A stretch of DNA of 42,611 nt from Patescibacteria group bacterium (GTDB taxonomy: Bacteria > Patescibacteriota > Patescibacteriia > UM-FILTER-42-10): positions 1 to 42,611 of the forward strand of contig JAHJEX010000056.1 of the NCBI GenBank assembly GCA_018825385.1, written 5' to 3'. Positions 37,651 to 42,611 of this stretch are shown here, in pieces. The position numbers and the translations under genes are program-made. Every line of letters starts with the position of its first letter. The first letter of the stretch is position 1. The notes below the pieces were generated by a model, which was not told where the DNA came from, did no database searches, and saw only the letters and a program-made list of their open reading frames with translations.

Positions 37651-38307
37651 ATGAGAATATATACATTAAAAGAAAAACTGTTAGGAATAATATTATCAAA
37701 TACTAGGAATTCTGATGTTGCCCATGACTCTGAACACACTTTTCGCGTGTTAAAAACAGCAGAAAAAATAGCTCGTGCAGAAAAAGCAGATCTTGAGGTT
37801 GTAATACCTGCCGCATTGTTTCATGATTTTATCGTTTCGGCAAAAAATAATCCCAAATCGAGATCTGACACCAAATTAAGCGCAGATTTTGCTAAGCAGG
37901 TTTTGAGTGAACTCAAAGGATATCCTGCACATAAAATTGACCTTGTTTGTCGGGCTATTTTAGATTGTTCATTTACAAATGGAACTAAGCCAAATTTTTT
38001 GGAGAGCAAGGTGGTTAAAGATGCAGATAGTTTAGATACTGTAGGATCGTTAGGTGTAATGCGTATTTTTGCTACTGCTGGTCAACTTCAGATACCATTT
38101 TATAGTTTGTAGGATCCATTTTGCAGTAAACGCAAGCCAAATCCAAAATTATACGCAATTGATTTCATATTTACACGTTCCCTAAAAGTTTGTGATAACG
38201 TGTATACTAATACTGCTCGTAAGATGGCTCAAAGTAGAAGTAAGTATATTAGAAGTTTCTTAAAGCAATTACAATTAGAACTTAACCAAATATCAAGATT
38301 GAGGTAA
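37651..38307 (+). pseudogene. HD-domain phosphohydrolase (YedJ-like) interrupted by in-frame TAG at 38110-38112
   Basis: AHDSEH, AALFHD and VVKDADSLD motifs; the frame stays open after TAG (DPFCSKRKP..TARKMA..FLKQL) to TAA 38305-38307, 2 nt before the next ATG. Confidence 0.8.
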
Positions 38308-38309
38308 TA

Positions 38310-39368
38310 ATGAAAAGAAAATTTTCTGCTGGTGGAATAATATCAAAAATACACGAGGGTAATACTTTTATACTTTGTTTGACGACAAAAAATAATCTTT
38401 TGACATTACCAAAGGGGCATTTAGAGAAAGGTGAAACACCAGAGCAAGCGGCGATTCGGGAAATAAAGGAAGAAATTGGATTGAGGTCAGCTAGCATTAC
38501 AAAGAAATTGGGAGAAATCGTACGAGTGGGAACAGAACAAGACGGGAGTCAATCTATCAAGAAAATTACGTACTTTATTATGGACGGCTCTGAATATACC
38601 TACGATCATGAAGAAAATTACGTGTGGGTTGGTTTTGATATGGCACTGAAATTAATGGACCACCCTGAAGAAAAAAACTTGTTGTTTGATAATGAAGAAT
38701 CTATTGCAAAAAACACTTCCGCATATTTTAATAGTTATAAATCATTTATTAATTATTACTATTATCCTAAAAAGACAATTTTGAGCGAAAATTACGAATT
38801 ATTAAATAAAGTGAGAAAATTTGTTAATAGTAATACAGTGGCAGTAGTTATTGGAATACCAACAAAACAAGAGAAGGAATTATTTTCTAAGACACACAAA
38901 ACTTTGTATGTTTCTCCAGGAATTGATAAAAAAGAAAGATTTAAGAAGAATAAAAAACCTATTGCTAATCTATTGTCACCTCATACTGTTAAAAACTTAG
39001 TTGATGCTGATTTGCCTGAAGATATTTCTATTTGCTATGCATGTCAATCAATAAACCTATCAAATACTAAAACCTTTTTTTTAATCAACCAGTTAGTGAA
39101 AAAAATGCGACCTGAGGCTAAATTTTTTATAGAGGGCATAGGAGAAGATGATCTAATGATACATGGGGGGGTAAAAATTGGTCCGAACCTCATTAATCTT
39201 GGAGGGTATATTATAAGAATGTGGAATAAAAGCAATACTATAAACTATTTTGTAAGAAAACTTGGTCTAAATATTATTTCTTACGACAGTATAAAAGTTG
39301 ATAAAAAGGGTGAAAGATGTGAAGTTCATCAAATTATTTTAGAAAGACCAGATAAAACTATTTTTTAA
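38310..39368 (+). CDS. Nudix hydrolase fused to a degenerate SAM-methyltransferase-like domain
   Basis: Complete Nudix box GHLEKGETPEQAAIREIKEEIGL; C-terminal LVKKMRPEAKFFIE resembles class I MTase (tentative). Confidence 0.8.
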   Translation: MKRKFSAGGIISKIHEGNTFILCLTTKNNLLTLPKGHLEKGETPEQAAIREIKEEIGLRSASITKKLGEIVRVGTEQDGSQSIKKITYFIMDGSEYTYDHEENYVWVGFDMALKLMDHPEEKNLLFDNEESIAKNTSAYFNSYKSFINYYYYPKKTILSENYELLNKVRKFVNSNTVAVVIGIPTKQEKELFSKTHKTLYVSPGIDKKERFKKNKKPIANLLSPHTVKNLVDADLPEDISICYACQSINLSNTKTFFLINQLVKKMRPEAKFFIEGIGEDDLMIHGGVKIGPNLINLGGYIIRMWNKSNTINYFVRKLGLNIISYDSIKVDKKGERCEVHQIILERPDKTIF

Positions 39369-39369
39369 G

Positions 39370-39912
39370 GTGAAAAAGAAAAATACAATTGTTTTAGAGG
39401 GATTGCCTGCAAGTGGAAAAACAACATTGGCAAACTATTTGCGTGATCATTTTGGTGTATTTAAAGTGAACGAGTCTACTGGTATTGCTTCTAAAAACTC
39501 TGGTAACCAAACTAAAATATTCGAAGAAACGATTGATAAATATATTGAAGCAAGAAATTGTTCCCAGTTATCTATAATTGATCGAGGTTATCCATCTATA
39601 CTGGCATGGGATTATTGCCGAGAGAAAGAAGGAGGGGAACATAATTACTATAAAAAAAAGTATTGGATACGCGAGGCAATAAAAAAAGGCTATTTGTTTG
39701 AGCCTCAATTATATATATATTTATATGCAGATTGTAATTTAAGCTTTATTCGCAGGCCTAGACAAGAGACAAAAATTGATGTTTGGAGTAGTAAAATAGG
39801 TGTTGCAAATTGTAAATTATTTTATGAAAAATTTTTTCTAACAAAGAGATCAAGAAAAATACTTTATTTGTTAATGCAGAAGATAAAACTAAAAAAATTG
39901 CGGATATTTTAA
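39370..39912 (+). CDS. thymidylate/deoxynucleoside kinase-like P-loop protein (probable frameshift near the C-terminus)
   Basis: IVLEGLPASGKTT, IIDRGYPS and PQLYIYL motifs. Confidence 0.8.
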   Translation: MKKKNTIVLEGLPASGKTTLANYLRDHFGVFKVNESTGIASKNSGNQTKIFEETIDKYIEARNCSQLSIIDRGYPSILAWDYCREKEGGEHNYYKKKYWIREAIKKGYLFEPQLYIYLYADCNLSFIRRPRQETKIDVWSSKIGVANCKLFYEKFFLTKRSRKILYLLMQKIKLKKLRIF

Positions 39913-39932
39913 TGAATTCAATCCAAAAGTGA

Positions 39933-41243
39933 ATGTTAGATTATAAAATAATATACTTGACTGATGATGGAATAACGTCACTAAGGTGTGGTGTCGGAGC
40001 AATTACTAGTAATTTTATTGAATCCTTTCCAGCTATCAATGATTATTTCAAAAAAAGAAAAATAAATATATCTTTATCAGTAATTTCTTTTAATACTTCT
40101 AAAAAAAATATTGGGTATAGAATTGACTTGAAGAATCGGGCAAAAAGTATTTGTCGTTCAACTGGAGGAAAAGTTTATCTGATTTATAGAAGGAAAATTA
40201 GAAAAATCGGTTATTTTGATTTCTCATATTGGAAAAAGTATAACGAAGAGATATCAAAAATTATAAATAGAATTGCTGATGATGGTAATAAAAAAGTAAT
40301 AGTACTTGCAAATGACACAATATTTGCTAATGTTCACTGCCCAAAAAATGTGATCTTCGTGTGGATACCTCACAGTTTGGCGATGGTTCATTCGCAAACG
40401 TATGTAAATAATGCTAAGAGATTAAACTGGGAAAAAGAAGCGATTTCTCGTATAAACAGCATGCCAGATCATTTTATTGGGTATATTTCCCCCTTTGTTA
40501 AAAGTATACTTACCAAAAAGCTGAAAGTGAAGAAAGATAAAGCAATACCATTTCAAAATGGTTTTTGTCTAAAATATATTAAAAAACAGAGTAGTTATTC
40601 CAAAAAACAAATCGATAAGATGCTTATTAAAAGAGGTATAGACACAAAACGGCCGATAATATTGACATTTGCTCGAGCTGATGAGTATAAAGGCCTAGAG
40701 CATTCTTTAAGGGTAATGACACATTTTACGGATACGGGTTATTATTATGGAGTAATTATCGCATCAAGGTTTAGTAATGAATTGATTGTTGATCGTGTCC
40801 AAGAAAATTTGAGAAAAATATTATCAGGTCACAAAAATATTAGTGCATTTTTTGAATATGAATTTGAATTACCTAAATACTTATTGCGCTATGCAAAAAC
40901 TCAGGTATTACTTAATTTACCAAATAAAGACTTCTGCCCGTTGATTCCATTTGAAGCAGAATTAATTGGGAATAAGAACTTGCAAGTAATAAACAGTAAT
41001 ATAGCTTGTTTTAATAAATTGGTAATAAATAATCATAATGGTTTTTTAGTTGATCCGTATTACCCTAAAGCTTTTATACAGGTTAGAAAAGCAATAAGCA
41101 TCAGAGCAGAAAAAAAGAAAACAGTAATTAAAAATGCAAAAAAATTTGCACAACAGAATTTCGATATAATAACTAATTATATAAAAGGATTTGAATGCTT
41201 GTTTGAAAAAGAGAAGCTGGGCAAAGGTTTAACAAGAACCTGA
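39933..41243 (+). CDS. GT-B fold (family 4-like) glycosyltransferase
   Basis: WIPHS, LTFARADEYKG, DFCPLIPFEA and NGFLVDP motifs. Confidence 0.82.
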   Translation: MLDYKIIYLTDDGITSLRCGVGAITSNFIESFPAINDYFKKRKINISLSVISFNTSKKNIGYRIDLKNRAKSICRSTGGKVYLIYRRKIRKIGYFDFSYWKKYNEEISKIINRIADDGNKKVIVLANDTIFANVHCPKNVIFVWIPHSLAMVHSQTYVNNAKRLNWEKEAISRINSMPDHFIGYISPFVKSILTKKLKVKKDKAIPFQNGFCLKYIKKQSSYSKKQIDKMLIKRGIDTKRPIILTFARADEYKGLEHSLRVMTHFTDTGYYYGVIIASRFSNELIVDRVQENLRKILSGHKNISAFFEYEFELPKYLLRYAKTQVLLNLPNKDFCPLIPFEAELIGNKNLQVINSNIACFNKLVINNHNGFLVDPYYPKAFIQVRKAISIRAEKKKTVIKNAKKFAQQNFDIITNYIKGFECLFEKEKLGKGLTRT

Positions 41244-41290
41244 TAATTCTATCAGGTTGTTTCTTTAGAATTCTAGCCAGGGAGGATGAA

Positions 41291-41890
41291 GTGAAGAAGC
41301 AAATAGTCTTTGTCGGTGGCATCCATGGTGCTGGCAAAAGCACTAATTGCCACGCTCTGTCCGTCCAGCACGGTTGGCGTGTAGTGAAGCAGCGCAGGCA
41401 ACTGATTAGTGTGGGAGCGGAACATGGTATATTGTGGCCTGAAGTGGCAAGTAGACATGACGAACTGATTCCGCATGTTGCTGATCGGTTGTTGGATATG
41501 TTAAGACAGTCTGCAGAGGCAGTCTTACTGGTTGATTGCCACTATGCAATTCCGACTTCTGCTGCGCTGAGAACACGCCACTGCACCGGCTGTTATATGC
41601 CGAATCTTGACTGGAATCTGGTAGAACGTGTTAAACAAGAGCACTGGTGCAGGTTTGTCCTTCTAAAAGTTGACCCTGCAATAGCTTTAGCACGCATCAT
41701 GGCTAGACCAGAAGCTACCCATTACGTGAATACGCTGAGACATTTCGTAGAAGAAGCAGTTGCAGAAAACGAAGTATTTCAGCGTTTACTTGCTCATTTT
41801 TCGGTACAATTCAGCGACTGTATTATCCTGGAAGCTATAAATTCCAGGCAAACAGTTTCTATGCTGGATAGGTTTATTTGCTCTACTTAA
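41291..41890 (+). CDS. P-loop nucleotide kinase (archaeal adenylate-kinase-like)
   Basis: IVFVGGIHGAGKST and LLVDCHY motifs; GGAGG SD with GTG start. Confidence 0.78.
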   Translation: MKKQIVFVGGIHGAGKSTNCHALSVQHGWRVVKQRRQLISVGAEHGILWPEVASRHDELIPHVADRLLDMLRQSAEAVLLVDCHYAIPTSAALRTRHCTGCYMPNLDWNLVERVKQEHWCRFVLLKVDPAIALARIMARPEATHYVNTLRHFVEEAVAENEVFQRLLAHFSVQFSDCIILEAINSRQTVSMLDRFICST

Positions 41891-41915
41891 GCATCCACAG
41901 CGTGGATGCTTTTTT
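41889..41915 (+). terminator. intrinsic terminator
   Basis: AAGCATCCAC/GTGGATGCTT stem followed by a T run. Confidence 0.85.
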
Positions 41916-42171
41916 AAAGAAGACTTTTTTTGAGCCTTGATTTATTTAGAATGCAAAACCTTCCCCTACAATGGGGGAAGGCTTTTGTGAACAAACAGTA
42001 TAGATCTTGTCTATACCGTCAAGCATTATAATATCAAATTGCGCTTTAGCGGTCAATAGAGTTGTACACACTTACTCCCCAAGAGTAATAAATTTATTCT
42101 CAAATTAGCCATAATATTGACTGAATTCCCCCTATGATTTAGGATGAAGATGCAATCAAAATTACAGTGTT

Positions 42172-42225
42172 GGCGTTCTCTTAAATTCCCGGTAATCGGG
42201 ATAAGGAGTAACGCTTATTTTATTT
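42172..42225 (+). promoter_or_regulatory. GGCGTT leader hairpin plus U-tract (family copy 6)
   Basis: GGCGTTCTCTTA...TAAGGAGTAACGCT-TATTTTATTT, downstream of TTGACT-17-TAGGAT. Confidence 0.55.
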
Positions 42226-42242
42226 CAAGGATCTACGCGGCA

Positions 42243-42611
42243 ATGACATTGTACCGCAATTCACAAAAACGAATATATTTGGATGAAGCAATTTATTTTG
42301 TGACATTCAATACAAGGGGAGGCCTTCCGAATTTTAAAGAAGAGATTTTCTGCCAACTTTTTGTGGACAATTTGAAAATTTGTAAACAGTTGAAACAGTT
42401 TGAATTGTACGCATTTAATCTTTTATACAACCACGCGCATTTATTGTTGAAACCGGGACGGAAATATAATGTGTCGAAAATCATACAAAATTTGAAAATG
42501 AATACATCGCGCAATATAAACAAAGTTATGGGTTATGAAACCCATGAAGGCGCGAATACGTATTCGCGCCTTCATGTTGGGAAATATCGTAAATTATTCA
42601 TAAAAAAATAC
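42243..42611 (+). mobile_element. HUH (Y1) transposase, REP-associated tyrosine transposase/IS200-like; runs off the window edge
   Basis: MTLYRNSQKRIY..IYFVTFNT..FELYAF..NHAHLLL..VSKIIQNLK; not in the ORF track because it has no stop in the window. Confidence 0.85.

Noticed and set aside
38110-38112. Genome-wide TAG or TGA recoding
   Set aside because: msrA and murF end properly at TAG and ftsI at TGA, and no other gene needs readthrough
42293-42523. 76-aa minus-strand ORF
   Set aside because: Shadow of the plus-strand HUH transposase starting at 42243

Overview
Bacterial chromosomal segment in standard code 11. It is very probably from a Patescibacteria/CPR genome (inferred from the short TsaB, the wHTH 'LFGSRTR' protein, the PP2C-like/beta-propeller protein, the 'GEAYYV' repeat protein and PsbP-like anchored proteins). 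An AT-rich plus-strand backbone carries msrB-msrA, a K+ channel, ferritin, a receiver protein, a zincin, tsaB, a split dcw cluster (mraZ-rsmH-ftsL-ftsI-[UDG-like]-murF) and ssb. From 0.3 to 19 kb it is interrupted by GC-richer single-gene orphans, each with its own promoter, SD and terminator. The 25.8-37.5 kb region is an array of exported proteins. There, a duplicated 350-bp leader plus lipoprotein-signal module is fused to two different catalytic domains (C39-like and CHAP-like), each followed by PsbP-like anchored proteins, and a family of GGCGTY...RAYGYY-U-tract leader hairpins recurs upstream of six genes. 37.6-41.9 kb holds an apparently decaying nucleotide-processing operon (HD hydrolase with internal TAG, Nudix-MTase-like fusion, dNMP kinase with probable frameshift, glycosyltransferase, second kinase). 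The window ends inside an HUH/RAYT-like transposase that contains a perfect 34-bp palindrome. An unannotated, highly structured transcript encoding a 31-aa peptide lies at 17.35-17.70 kb. No rRNA, tRNA or CRISPR array was seen. All calls come from reading motifs by eye; no database searches were run.
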